A stretch of 64,000 nucleotides of DNA, from assembly GCA_030603695.1 (NCBI GenBank), contig JAUVXF010000012.1, forward strand, positions 20,795-84,794, written 5' to 3'. The DNA comes from Natronohydrobacter sp. (GTDB lineage: Bacteria > Pseudomonadota > Alphaproteobacteria > Rhodobacterales > Rhodobacteraceae). The notes under the pieces are model-generated. The model ran no database searches and was not told where the DNA came from. It saw nothing but the letters and a program-made list of their open reading frames with translations. The position numbers and the translations under genes are program-made. Numbering within the stretch: the stretch's first letter is position 1; each line of letters begins with the position of its first letter. Below are positions 52,856 through 62,802 of the stretch, in pieces.

Positions 52856-53818
52856 ATGCTGACAGTCACCGAGGATCGTTTTGCCCTGGCAGAGGTATTC
52901 ACCATCGCGCGCGGCTCGCGCACGCATGCCGATGTGCTGAGCGTGACTGTGGCGCGTGACGGCGTGCAGGGGCGCGGGGAATGTGTGCCCTATGCGCGCT
53001 ATGGCGAGACATTGGCCTCGGTGCGCGCGCAGATTGCGGGCCTGCGTGATGGGATTGACCGCGCCGCCCTGCAAGAGGCCCTGCCCGCCGGGGCCGCGCG
53101 CAATGCGGTGGATTGTGCGCTCTGGGATTGGGAGGCCAAACGCGCCGGGCGGCGGGTTTGGGAATTGGCGGGGCTGGCGCGGCCAGAGCCTGTGATCACG
53201 GCCTTTACCCTGTCGCTGGACAGCCCGGAGAAGATGGAGGCGGCGGCGCGCAAACATGCCGCACGGCCTGTGTTGAAGATCAAGCTGGGCACGCCGGATG
53301 ATATGGCGCGGCTGGAGGCCGTGCGGCGCGGCGCGCAGCGCGCCACGATCATCGTGGATGCCAATGAAGGCTGGAGCGCTGAAGTATATCGCGATCTGGC
53401 GCCGCATTTGCTGCGTCTGGGGGTGGCGATGGTGGAGCAGCCTTTGCCTGCGGGCCAGGATGACATGCTGGCAGAGATTGCGCGCCCTTTGCCAGTCTGT
53501 GCCGATGAAAGCTGCCATGACCGCGCCAGCCTGCCCGCGCTGCGGGGCAAATATGACATGATCAATATCAAGCTGGACAAGACCGGCGGCCTGACAGAGG
53601 CCCTGGCGCTGCGCGATGCCGCGCGCGCGGCGGGTTTTCGCGTGATGGTGGGCTGCATGGTGGGCAGTTCTCTGGCCATGGCCCCTGCCGTGCTTGTGGC
53701 GCAAGGCGCAGAGGTGGTGGATCTGGATGGCCCGCTTTTGCTGGCCGAGGATCGCGCGCAGCCCTTGCGTTATGATGCCGGGGGCGTGCACCCGCCCGAA
53801 GCTGCGCTTTGGGGGTAA
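52856..53818 (+). CDS. dgcA: Enolase-superfamily dipeptide epimerase-like protein (DgcA-like N-acetyl-D-glutamate racemase candidate)
   Basis: LKIKLG, VDANEGW, VEQPL, CADES and KLDKTGG catalytic and metal motifs of the MLE/dipeptide epimerase subgroup. Confidence 0.7.
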   Translation: MLTVTEDRFALAEVFTIARGSRTHADVLSVTVARDGVQGRGECVPYARYGETLASVRAQIAGLRDGIDRAALQEALPAGAARNAVDCALWDWEAKRAGRRVWELAGLARPEPVITAFTLSLDSPEKMEAAARKHAARPVLKIKLGTPDDMARLEAVRRGAQRATIIVDANEGWSAEVYRDLAPHLLRLGVAMVEQPLPAGQDDMLAEIARPLPVCADESCHDRASLPALRGKYDMINIKLDKTGGLTEALALRDAARAAGFRVMVGCMVGSSLAMAPAVLVAQGAEVVDLDGPLLLAEDRAQPLRYDAGGVHPPEAALWG

Positions 53819-53878
53819 GCACTCTTCCCCAAGGGCCGCGCATGCGCTATGCACTGCGCCAAACCGGAGGATAGCCAA

Positions 53879-55720
53879 ATGCCAAGATACCGCTCGCGCA
53901 CGACAACGCATGGACGCAACATGGCCGGGGCCCGTGGCCTGTGGCGCGCAACAGGGATGAAGGACAGCGATTTCGGCAAGCCGATTATCGCCATTGTCAA
54001 CAGTTTTACCCAGTTTGTGCCCGGCCATGTGCATTTGAAAGACCTGGGCCAGATGGTGGCGCGCGAAGTGGAAAAAGCGGGCGGCGTGGCCAAGGAATTC
54101 AACACCATTGCGGTGGATGATGGCATTGCAATGGGCCATGACGGGATGCTGTATTCCCTGCCCTCGCGCGAGGTGATTGCGGATTCGGTGGAGTATATGG
54201 TCAATGCCCATTGCGCCGATGCCATGGTGTGCATTTCCAATTGCGACAAGATCACGCCCGGCATGCTGATGGCCGCGATGCGGCTGAATATTCCCTGCGT
54301 CTTTGTCTCTGGTGGCCCGATGGAGGCTGGCAAGGTAGAGATTGACGGCGTGATCAAGGCGCTGGATCTGGTGGATGCGATGGTTGTGGCCGCCGATGAG
54401 CGCTACACGGATGAGCAGGTGAAGCAATATGAGCAAGAGGCCTGCCCGACCTGCGGCTCTTGTTCCGGGATGTTCACGGCCAATTCCATGAACTGCCTGA
54501 CAGAGGCGCTGGGCCTGTCGCTGCCGGGCAATGGCTCTACCCTTGCAACCCATGCCTATCGCAAGAAACTGTTCTTGCGCGCGGGCCATGTGATTGTCGA
54601 TCTGGCCAAGCGCTATTACGAGCAGGATGATGACAGCGTTTTGCCGCGCAATATCGCCAGCTTTGAAGCCTTTGAAAATGCGATGTCGCTGGATATTGCC
54701 ATGGGTGGTTCCACCAACACGGTTTTGCACCTGCTGGCCGCCGCCTATGAGGGCGGGATAGAATTTACCATGGCCGATATTGACCGGTTGTCGCGCCGCG
54801 TGCCCTGCCTGTGCAAAGTGGCACCTGCGAAATCTGATGTGCATATGGAAGATGTGCACCGCGCTGGCGGGATTATGTCCATTCTGGGAGAGTTGGATCG
54901 CGCGGGCCTGCTGCACCGCGATTTGCCCACTGTCCATAGCCCCACGATGGGCATGGCGCTGGATATGTGGGATATCGCGCGCAGCACAGACCCGGAGGTG
55001 CTGGATTTCTTTGCCGCAGCCCCCGGCGGTGTGCGCACGACCGAAGCCTTCAGCCAATCCAAGCGCTATAACTCGTTGGATACAGACCGCGAAAAGGGCG
55101 TGATCCGCAGCAAGGAACATGCCTTTAGCCAGGATGGCGGTTTGGCCGTGCTGTTTGGCAATCTGGCCGAACAGGGCTGCATTGTGAAAACGGCGGGCGT
55201 GGATGAATCGATCCTGAAATTCTCTGGCCCTGCGCATGTGTTTGAAAGCCAGGATGACGCCGTTAGCGGCATTTTGACAGGCAAGGTGCAGGCGGGCGAA
55301 GTGGTGGTGATCCGCTATGAGGGGCCGCGCGGTGGCCCTGGCATGCAAGAGATGCTGTATCCCACCAGCTATCTGAAATCCAAGGGCCTGGGCGCGGCCT
55401 GTGCCCTGGTAACAGATGGGCGGTTTTCGGGGGGCACATCGGGCCTCTCTATCGGCCATGTCAGCCCAGAGGCAGACGAGGGCGGGTTGATCGGGCTGGT
55501 GGAACAGGGCGATCTGATCGAAATCGACATTCCCAATCGCCGGATTCATCTGGCGGTGGACGAGGCCACAATTGCCGCACGGCGCAAGGCGCAGGATGAA
55601 AAGGGCTGGAAACCGGCCAAACCGCGCCCGCGCAAAGTCTCTGCTGCGCTGCGCGCCTATGCGGCGCTGACAACATCGGCGGCCATGGGGGCTGTCCGCA
55701 AATTGCCCGAAGGATGGTAA
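53879..55720 (+). CDS. ilvD: Dihydroxy-acid dehydratase (IlvD)
   Basis: [27 protein letters not shown]... and [12 protein letters not shown] motifs. A GGAGGA RBS lies upstream. Confidence 0.95.
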   Translation: MPRYRSRTTTHGRNMAGARGLWRATGMKDSDFGKPIIAIVNSFTQFVPGHVHLKDLGQMVAREVEKAGGVAKEFNTIAVDDGIAMGHDGMLYSLPSREVIADSVEYMVNAHCADAMVCISNCDKITPGMLMAAMRLNIPCVFVSGGPMEAGKVEIDGVIKALDLVDAMVVAADERYTDEQVKQYEQEACPTCGSCSGMFTANSMNCLTEALGLSLPGNGSTLATHAYRKKLFLRAGHVIVDLAKRYYEQDDDSVLPRNIASFEAFENAMSLDIAMGGSTNTVLHLLAAAYEGGIEFTMADIDRLSRRVPCLCKVAPAKSDVHMEDVHRAGGIMSILGELDRAGLLHRDLPTVHSPTMGMALDMWDIARSTDPEVLDFFAAAPGGVRTTEAFSQSKRYNSLDTDREKGVIRSKEHAFSQDGGLAVLFGNLAEQGCIVKTAGVDESILKFSGPAHVFESQDDAVSGILTGKVQAGEVVVIRYEGPRGGPGMQEMLYPTSYLKSKGLGAACALVTDGRFSGGTSGLSIGHVSPEADEGGLIGLVEQGDLIEIDIPNRRIHLAVDEATIAARRKAQDEKGWKPAKPRPRKVSAALRAYAALTTSAAMGAVRKLPEGW

Positions 55721-55723
55721 TAT

Positions 55724-56587
55724 ATGAGCCGCACTGTCTATGTGAATGGCAGCTATCTGCCCGAAGAGGAAGCGACTGTCTCTGTCTTTGACCGGGGCTT
55801 TCTGATGGCGGATGGCGTCTATGAGGTAACAACCGTCATAGATGGCAAGCTGATTGATTTTGATGGCCATTTCACACGGCTGCAACGGTCGCTGACAGAG
55901 CTGGACATCACCAACCCGATGGATCGGGATGCCTGGCTGGAGGTGCATCGCCAGCTTGTGGCCCAAAATGGGCTGGATCAGGGCATGATCTATCTGCAAG
56001 TCACGCGCGGCGCGCCCGGTGACAGGGATTTCATCTTTCCAGACCCGGAAACCACCGCCCCAACCGTGGTTCTGTTCACCCAGTCCAACCCCGCGCTGGT
56101 GGATAGCCCGAAGGCCAAGAAGGGGATCAAGGTAATCGCGATAGAGGATATCCGCTGGGGGCGGCGCGATATCAAAACCGTGCAATTGCTATACCCCAGC
56201 ATGGGCAAGATGATGGCCATCAAGGCGGGCTGTGATGATGCCTGGATGGTGCAGGATGGCGCTGTGACCGAGGGCACATCAAACAACGCCTATATCATCA
56301 AGGATGGGCGGATCATTACGCGCGCGCTGTCCAATGACATCTTGCACGGCATTACCCGCGCAGCCGTGCTGCGCTTTGCGCGCGAGGCGCAAATGCAGGT
56401 GGAAGAGCGCAATTTCACCCTGGAAGAGGCGAAAGCGGCAGATGAGGCATTTGTCACCTCTGCAAGCACCTTTGTGATGCCAGTGGTCGAAATTGACGGG
56501 GCGACACTGGGCGCAGGCGTGCCGGGGCCATTGGCGCTGCGGTTGCGCGAAATCTATATCGAGGAAAGCCGCAAAGCCGCGCTCTGA
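55724..56587 (+). CDS. Class IV (fold type IV) aminotransferase, D-amino-acid aminotransferase-like
   Basis: 287 aa. FDRGFLMADGVYEV and the overall BCAT/DAAT family pattern. Substrate is not assignable by eye. Confidence 0.75.
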   Translation: MSRTVYVNGSYLPEEEATVSVFDRGFLMADGVYEVTTVIDGKLIDFDGHFTRLQRSLTELDITNPMDRDAWLEVHRQLVAQNGLDQGMIYLQVTRGAPGDRDFIFPDPETTAPTVVLFTQSNPALVDSPKAKKGIKVIAIEDIRWGRRDIKTVQLLYPSMGKMMAIKAGCDDAWMVQDGAVTEGTSNNAYIIKDGRIITRALSNDILHGITRAAVLRFAREAQMQVEERNFTLEEAKAADEAFVTSASTFVMPVVEIDGATLGAGVPGPLALRLREIYIEESRKAAL

Positions 56588-56593
56588 CGCAAG

Positions 56594-56625
56594 CCAAAGC
56601 GCCGCAATCCGTGCTGGCGCTTTGG
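56594..56625. terminator. Hairpin (10-bp stem CCAAAGCGCC / GGCGCTTTGG) between the convergent aminotransferase and RTX-like genes
   Basis: Read directly. It abuts the stop of the minus-strand gene. Confidence 0.45.
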
Positions 56626-58566
56626 TCAGGCGACCATAGTGTCGAAGTCCTGAAACAGCTTCAGATCAATATCCAGCATCCCTTCGCGAAGGGATGCCCG
56701 GTTCTCGATCACAAGCGCCAGATCACCATCCACGAAAACGCGCACTTCATTGGCTGTTGCATCCTCTTGCACTGTCACAACAGGCTCTGGCACAGGGGCG
56801 GGAGAGAGTTGCGGATAGATCACCTCCAGCCGCACGCTCTCATCATCTGCCAGATCAATGATGCGCGCGATACCTCCCTCGCCTGTCCAGACCATTTTAT
56901 CAACCTGAACCACGAAACTATCTATGTTCGTGCCGCCCTTCAGGACAAGATCGCCGGAACCATTGCCGGATATATCTGCAAACAGGAAATCTTTACCGCC
57001 GCCACCGCCCGCTCTGCCACCGCCATCCACAATTTGGCTTAGGCGGATTGTATCATTTCCGCCAGCGCCAAAGAATTGGCCCTGCCCGGACATCAGATCA
57101 GGCTTGGCACTGCCTGAAACTGTAGTCTCTGGCCCGCCTGCCTGAATGATCGCGGTTGCTTCAACATCACGGGCAGAGGCATCGACGCGCGCATTATCCC
57201 CCACGGTGACAAAACCCGCCTGTTCCATCTGCAATGTGCCGCCCCCCCAAGTGGCGGCAAGCCCGCCATCTGCGGCAAGCACCACGTTCAGGCTGGGATC
57301 ATCGCCACCAAAGGTAACGGCATTTCCTGCCCGCTGCCCCAGAACAGTGGTATTTCCCGTTGCATCCGCGCGCATGACGATCTGTGTAAAGACGTCATCA
57401 TCCCCGATGATCTGGTTTTCGCCGCCCGAAATCTCTGCCCGAATTCTTCCCTCATCGCTCATGGTGACAGTATTTGTTCCACCTTCCAGAACAACATCCA
57501 ACATACCACGCCACGCGCCAATTACATTGGTACCCTCGGTCGCTGTCACTGTCAGCCCGCCCGGAACGCTGCCCAGATTCACCACATTGTCCCCCGGCCC
57601 AAGGATGATGCTGTTAATACGGGTTAGCACTGTGGGTTCTGCGTCGGTGCCGCGCGGAACCATGAAGATCGTGCCATCATCAGCCTCGGCAATAACAATA
57701 TTGCCCGTGTAGCCCGACAGATCCAATATGCTGGCTTCGCCCGCGATACCCACCAACTGACCACCGCCCAGATATTCATCGGTGACAAGGAAAGATAGCC
57801 GCCCGGTTTCAGCGTCTTGTTCGGATGCAATCCCCGCTGGCACATCCCCGCCCTCGTCAGTGCGCGGAAAAACAACCTCCGCGCCCAAAACCTCTATGGC
57901 ATCAAACTCTGTGAACAGGGCCTCTGCCGCGGATTGCATATTCCCGCCACCATAGGTGGAAAGCTGCACGGCATTGACGCCATTAATCTGGATCATCAGC
58001 CCTTCGCCATCGGGGGCAAGAGTGCCGGTGACGACAACAGGCTCTGGCCCTTTGGGCAGCAATGTGCTGGCACGCAAATCCAGCACAAGGCGATCGTCGT
58101 CAGGGTTGAAATCATTGATCACTGTTGGCGCAACAGGCTGGTTGTTGATATCCAGCAATATGCCTGCCTGATTTACCCGCAACAGATTGATGATGAACGT
58201 ATCTGCCCCGCCGCCGCCATTCAGCACCGCGCCGCCACCATAGGATAAAAGCGTATCCGCCCCGCCCCCGCCCATCAGCGCGCCATCGGCATAGGTGGTC
58301 AGGGTGTCATTTCCGGCACCGCCCATCAGCGTGCTGTTGCCTGTGGTGATCAGGGTATCATCACCGCCCCGGCCCATGACAATTTCATTGCCACCGCTGA
58401 CAATGACATCAGCGCCCGCTGTGCCCCGCCGCGTAACCGTGTCATTTTCCTGAGAGTCGGTGTCATCTTCGGCAGAGTTGGAAAAAGCATCAGATACCGC
58501 AAAAAGCGCCGCAAAGCCGAAAAGCAGGAACAGCCCACTCATGGAAAACCACCCTATAAAACGCAA
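56626..58566 (-). CDS. Hemolysin-type calcium-binding (RTX-like GGxGxD) repeat protein with an N-terminal hydrophobic segment
   Basis: N-terminal blocks GRGGDDTLI, GGAGNDTLT, GGGGADTLL and GGGGADTFI, with further GAGGNDTI and GGGGKDFLF blocks near the C-terminus. The start is TTG at 58566 or ATG at 58542 (GGTGG RBS). Confidence 0.75.
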   Translation of the reverse strand: MRFIGWFSMSGLFLLFGFAALFAVSDAFSNSAEDDTDSQENDTVTRRGTAGADVIVSGGNEIVMGRGGDDTLITTGNSTLMGGAGNDTLTTYADGALMGGGGADTLLSYGGGAVLNGGGGADTFIINLLRVNQAGILLDINNQPVAPTVINDFNPDDDRLVLDLRASTLLPKGPEPVVVTGTLAPDGEGLMIQINGVNAVQLSTYGGGNMQSAAEALFTEFDAIEVLGAEVVFPRTDEGGDVPAGIASEQDAETGRLSFLVTDEYLGGGQLVGIAGEASILDLSGYTGNIVIAEADDGTIFMVPRGTDAEPTVLTRINSIILGPGDNVVNLGSVPGGLTVTATEGTNVIGAWRGMLDVVLEGGTNTVTMSDEGRIRAEISGGENQIIGDDDVFTQIVMRADATGNTTVLGQRAGNAVTFGGDDPSLNVVLAADGGLAATWGGGTLQMEQAGFVTVGDNARVDASARDVEATAIIQAGGPETTVSGSAKPDLMSGQGQFFGAGGNDTIRLSQIVDGGGRAGGGGGKDFLFADISGNGSGDLVLKGGTNIDSFVVQVDKMVWTGEGGIARIIDLADDESVRLEVIYPQLSPAPVPEPVVTVQEDATANEVRVFVDGDLALVIENRASLREGMLDIDLKLFQDFDTMVA

Positions 58567-58790
58567 TCGGGCGCTGACACCCCTAAAATATCATGAATAG
58601 AAAGTGTTTTTTGCGCTCTGTCCACAGGCTGTCATCCTGCGCGGCGGGCTTTGGGGCAGATTGCCTGAAATTCATGGGCGATAGCGCGCCCATCTTCGCA
58701 ATATTGCGGGCGCAATCCGCAAAGGGCAGAGCGCCGATCTTGAAACTACGGGGCGCTGCGCCTGATTCTACGGAAGCTTGGCTTGCGCGC

Positions 58791-59108
58791 TTACTCTGGC
58801 TTTGAACTTACGTTTTCGGCAAAAGCCTTTGTAAACGCGGCTTGCTTCTCTGCGCCTGCCTCTGTCTGGTGCTGTGCGCGCCATGCATCATAGGGCATGC
58901 CATAAATGATCTCGCGCGCGGCCTCTTTGTCCATCTCGATCCCGCGCGCGTTTGCGGCTTCCTGATACCAGCGCGACAGGCAGTTGCGGCAAAAGCCTGT
59001 CAGGTTCATCATATCAATGTTTTGCACATCGGTGCGGCGGTTCAAATGCTCCAGCAGCGCGCGAAAGGCGGCGGCTTCCAATTCGGTGCGGGTTTGGGTA
59101 TCCATCAA
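58791..59108 (-). CDS. DUF1244 family protein
   Basis: ELEAAAFRALLEHLNRRTDVQNIDMMNLTGFCRNCLSRWY matches the DUF1244 pattern. Confidence 0.8.
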   Translation of the reverse strand: MMDTQTRTELEAAAFRALLEHLNRRTDVQNIDMMNLTGFCRNCLSRWYQEAANARGIEMDKEAAREIIYGMPYDAWRAQHQTEAGAEKQAAFTKAFAENVSSKPE

Positions 59109-59300
59109 TCTCTCCCTAAGCTTTGGTCGTTAAGTGGCTATAAGGGCCTGAGACGTCAAGCCCCGCGACAGGGTTGCAAAGCTGCGCAGACCTGATAAAT
59201 GTTTGCGCTAACGACTACGGTTTTGCGCCGTCATGTCATAAACCCTGCCTAATCTGGTGGAAATGGCCCTTCTGGCCAGTGCCGAGTGAAAGGAACCCGC

Positions 59301-60761
59301 ATGACATCCCCCCTGCGCCGCCATCGCATGATCAAGATCGTGGCCACGCTTGGCCCTGCCTCTTCCAGCTATGACATGATCCGCGCCCTGTTCGAGGCAG
59401 GCGCGGATGTGTTCCGCCTGAATATGAGCCATGGCAGCCATGATGAAATCGCCGCCCGCCATGCGATCATTCGGCAGGTAGAGGCCGATCTGGGCCGCCC
59501 GATTGCCATTCTGGCCGATCTGCAAGGCCCCAAGCTGCGTGTAGGCAGCTTTGCCGAGGGCGCGGTGGAACTGACAGAGGGCCAGCCCTTCCGGCTGGAT
59601 CTGAGCGATGCGCCCGGCAATGCAGAGCGCGTGAACCTGCCCCATCCCGAAATTTTCAAAGCGTTGGAACCGGGGGCGGATTTGCTGGTCAATGATGGCA
59701 AAATCCGCCTGCGCGTGGAAAGCTGCGGCCCCGATTTCGCCAATTGCACAGTCACAGTGGGCGGCACGATTTCCAACCGCAAGGGCGTGAATGTGCCCGA
59801 TGTGGTGCTGCCGCTGGCAGCGCTTTCGGATAAAGACCGCAAGGATCTGGAATTTGTCTGCCGCCTTGGCGTGGATTGGCTGGCCCTGTCCTTTGTGCAG
59901 CGCGCGTCCGATGTGACAGAGGCACGCGATCTGGTGCAGGGCCGCGCCGCCATCATGTCCAAAATCGAAAAACCCGCCGCCGTAAAAGCGTTTGAGGAAA
60001 TTCTGGCCGTATCTGACGGGATCATGGTGGCGCGCGGTGATCTGGGTGTGGAATTGCCGGTGCAGAATGTGCCGCCCATCCAGAAACGCCTTGTGCGCCG
60101 CGCCCGCGCAGCCGCAAAGCCCGTGATCGTGGCTACCCAGATGCTGGAATCCATGATCGAAAGCCCGATGCCCACCCGCGCCGAAGTATCGGATGTGGCG
60201 ACCGCCATTTATGAGGGCGCAGATGCTGTGATGCTGTCTGCCGAATCTGCGGCGGGCCATTACCCGATTGAAGCTGTCACAACCATGAATAATGTGGCCA
60301 TAGAGGTGGAAAGCGACCCCACCTATATCGAGATCATCGACAGTTCACGCCGGGTAAAGCACCATACAATTGCCGATGGCATTGTGGCCGCCGCGCGCGA
60401 ATTGGCAGAGAAAACCGATATTGCCGCAATCTGCTGTTTCACCCAATCCGGCACAACCGCCAATCTGGTGGCACGCGAACGCCCACATGTGCCCATTATC
60501 GCCATCACGCCCATTACACCCGTCGCGCGCCGTTTGGCGCTGGTCTGGGGTGTGCATTGCGAAACCGTAACCGGCGATGTGGAGCGTTTTAAGAAAGCGG
60601 TGATCAACGCAGTGCGCGTGGCGCTGAAATATGGCTTCGCAACGGAAAAAGACCAAATCCTTGTGACAGCCGGCATTCCGTTCAACCAGCCGGGAACAAC
60701 AAACATCTTGCGCGTGGCACCCTGCGCAGAGCACTTGATTGTGCAGGGGGAACCCGAGTAA
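59301..60761 (+). CDS. pyk: Pyruvate kinase
   Basis: MIKIVATLGPAS..., MVARGDLGVELP and ATQMLESM motifs. ATG at 59301 follows AAAGGAA. Confidence 0.9.
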   Translation: MTSPLRRHRMIKIVATLGPASSSYDMIRALFEAGADVFRLNMSHGSHDEIAARHAIIRQVEADLGRPIAILADLQGPKLRVGSFAEGAVELTEGQPFRLDLSDAPGNAERVNLPHPEIFKALEPGADLLVNDGKIRLRVESCGPDFANCTVTVGGTISNRKGVNVPDVVLPLAALSDKDRKDLEFVCRLGVDWLALSFVQRASDVTEARDLVQGRAAIMSKIEKPAAVKAFEEILAVSDGIMVARGDLGVELPVQNVPPIQKRLVRRARAAAKPVIVATQMLESMIESPMPTRAEVSDVATAIYEGADAVMLSAESAAGHYPIEAVTTMNNVAIEVESDPTYIEIIDSSRRVKHHTIADGIVAAARELAEKTDIAAICCFTQSGTTANLVARERPHVPIIAITPITPVARRLALVWGVHCETVTGDVERFKKAVINAVRVALKYGFATEKDQILVTAGIPFNQPGTTNILRVAPCAEHLIVQGEPE

Positions 60762-60779
60762 TCTGTCTCATGTTTTGAG

Positions 60780-61022
60780 ATGGATTTCATGGATCACGCG
60801 ACGCTTTATATGATGGGCTTTTATCTTTTGCCCCTCGCCGTTGTCAGCATTGTCAGCGCATGGGCGCGGGGCCACAGGCCGATTGTCGCGCTTGCGCTGG
60901 TTCTGACAAGTGTGGCGCTGATCGGCTTTGTGGCGTTTGATCGCCCCGAAGGCATGTATCCGGTTACACAAGTGCCAGAGCTGACAACCTATGTTGTGGG
61001 CCGGATTATCGCGCAATTTTAG
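60780..61022 (+). CDS. Hypothetical small membrane protein (two predicted TM segments)
   Basis: 80 aa ATG-initiated ORF with two hydrophobic stretches, followed by the hairpin AAGGCCC-GTTGG-GGGCCTT at 61024..61042. I recognise no family. Confidence 0.4.
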   Translation: MDFMDHATLYMMGFYLLPLAVVSIVSAWARGHRPIVALALVLTSVALIGFVAFDRPEGMYPVTQVPELTTYVVGRIIAQF

Positions 61023-61150
61023 CCCAAGGCCCGTTGGGGGCCTTGCGGATAGCGGTGATCTGGGCTATGCGGCCCGCTCTAATACGAGTGCGTCCGGCGA
61101 AGTGGCATGCCGAGTCGTATCTCTCCACCCTCCACCGAAAGGAGATGGAA

Positions 61151-61351
61151 ATGCCCAAAATGAAGACCAAATCCGGCGCGAAAAAGCGCTTCTCCATGAC
61201 CGCTAGCGGCAAGGTCAAGGCAGGTCAGGCCGGCAAACGCCACGGCATGATCAAACGGACGACCAAATTCATTCGTGACGCGCGCGGCACAACCATCCTG
61301 AGCGAACAGGATGCGCGCATCGTCAAGAAATACATGCCCTACGACCGCTAA
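61151..61351 (+). CDS. rpmI: 50S ribosomal protein L35
   Basis: [14 protein letters not shown]... with a GGAGATGG RBS. The longer track ORF is an upstream extension. Confidence 0.95.
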   Translation: MPKMKTKSGAKKRFSMTASGKVKAGQAGKRHGMIKRTTKFIRDARGTTILSEQDARIVKKYMPYDR

Positions 61352-61363
61352 GGAGCCGCTGTC

Positions 61364-61726
61364 ATGTCACGTGTTAAATCAGGCACCGTCACCCACGCCC
61401 GTCACCGCAAGGTTATCAAGGCTGCGAAGGGCTATTATGGTGCGCGCTCGCGCAATTTCCGCACAGCCACACAGGCCGTGGACAAAGCCAACCAATACGC
61501 CACCCGCGACCGTAAAACCCGCAAGCGCAACTTCCGCGCCTTGTGGATTCAGCGAATCAACGCGGCTGTGCGCGAAATCGACCCCACGCTGACCTATTCG
61601 CGTTTCATCAATGCGCTGGGTCTGGCCGGGATTGAAGTGGATCGCAAGGTTCTGGCCGATCTGGCCGTTCATGAACCCGATGCTTTCGGCCAGATCGTGG
61701 CCAAGGCAAAGGCCGCTCTTGTCTGA
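61364..61726 (+). CDS. rplT: 50S ribosomal protein L20
   Basis: [29 protein letters not shown]... Confidence 0.95.
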   Translation: MSRVKSGTVTHARHRKVIKAAKGYYGARSRNFRTATQAVDKANQYATRDRKTRKRNFRALWIQRINAAVREIDPTLTYSRFINALGLAGIEVDRKVLADLAVHEPDAFGQIVAKAKAALV

Positions 61727-61752
61727 TACAGGCGAAAGCTGCACCAGATTGC

Positions 61753-61789
61753 CCCCCGCAACGCGCCTGCGCCTTGCGGGGGTTTTCTT
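61753..61789 (+). terminator. Rho-independent terminator after rplT
   Basis: CCCCCGCAA ... TTGCGGGGG stem followed by TTTTCTT. Confidence 0.65.
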
Positions 61790-62049
61790 ATCTGCGCCCC
61801 CGCGGGCAGCCAGCAGGGCTTGACGCACAGCGCATCTGGCCGTAACAGGGCGCTGTTCGCTGCCGGGATTCGGCATGTGGGCCATTTGTCATGTGCCACC
61901 TGAACACTTCGGCAGGGTGCGGGCCTGACACAGAAAGATGAGAAGCGTGACCTATCTCTGGCGGGCGCTGCGGCGAACCCGGTCGAAGACCAGAGCTATG
62001 GGGCAGCATCACCGGCACGGAATAAACCGTGCGTAAGAAAGGACATGCG

Positions 62050-62430
62050 ATGAACCTGATCGCACAGATCGAAGCCGAGCAGATTGCTGCTCTGGGCAAG
62101 GAAATTCCCGATTTCAAAGCGGGCGACACCATCCGCGTTGGCTATAAAGTGACCGAAGGCACACGTTCGCGCGTGCAGGCGTTTGAAGGCGTGTGCATTG
62201 GCCGCAAGGGCGGCGCTGGTATTGGCGCCTCCTTCACCGTGCGCAAAATCTCCTTCGGGGAAGGTGTGGAACGCGTTTTCCCGCTGTATTCCACCAATAT
62301 CGACAGCATTACAGTTGTGCGCCGTGGCCGTGTGCGCCGCGCCAAGCTGTATTACCTGCGTGATCGTCGCGGCAAATCTGCCCGCATCGTTGAAAAGACA
62401 AACTACCGTCCTCTGGACGCGAACGCCTGA
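62050..62430 (+). CDS. rplS: 50S ribosomal protein L19
   Basis: [34 protein letters not shown]... Confidence 0.95.
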   Translation: MNLIAQIEAEQIAALGKEIPDFKAGDTIRVGYKVTEGTRSRVQAFEGVCIGRKGGAGIGASFTVRKISFGEGVERVFPLYSTNIDSITVVRRGRVRRAKLYYLRDRRGKSARIVEKTNYRPLDANA

Positions 62431-62441
62431 GGAGCGCAGCC

Positions 62442-62663
62442 ATGAAATCTGATACGCATCCCGATTACCACCTCATCAATGTCAAGATGACGGATGGCAC
62501 CATTGTTCAGATGAAATCCACCTGGGGCGCCGAAGGCGACACCCTGGCACTGGACGTTGATCCCAGTGTGCACCCGGCCTGGACGGGCGGCGCATCGCGC
62601 CTGCTGGATACCGGCGGCCGCGTGTCCAAATTCAAGAACAAATATGCGGGCCTGGGCTTCTGA
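62442..62663 (+). CDS. rpmE: 50S ribosomal protein L31
   Basis: [20 protein letters not shown]... The N-terminal CxxC zinc motif is absent. Confidence 0.95.
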   Translation: MKSDTHPDYHLINVKMTDGTIVQMKSTWGAEGDTLALDVDPSVHPAWTGGASRLLDTGGRVSKFKNKYAGLGF

Positions 62664-62686
62664 ACCCTGCCTGTGTGAACAGTTCC

Positions 62687-62715
62687 AAAAAGGCGCGGGC
62701 AACCGCGCCTTTTTT
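62687..62715 (+). terminator. Rho-independent terminator after rpmE
   Basis: AAAAAGGCGCGG-GCAA-CCGCGCCTTTTTT. Confidence 0.7.
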
Positions 62716-62802
62716 CTGGCCCGCCCCCAGTATTGCAGCGCTTGTATCTGCCGCAGGCTGGGCCTAGATGGGCGCGGTAGCGTAGCAGGCGGAGTTGCGG
62801 TC

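Noticed and set aside
52676-56185. Very long minus-strand ORF (1169 aa) spanning the dgcA-like, ilvD and aminotransferase genes
   Set aside because: It lies antisense to three well-supported plus-strand genes. Its translation is low-complexity and Arg/Ala/Gly/His-rich with no recognisable domain. This is a typical shadow ORF of GC-rich DNA, where stop codons are rare on the antisense strand.
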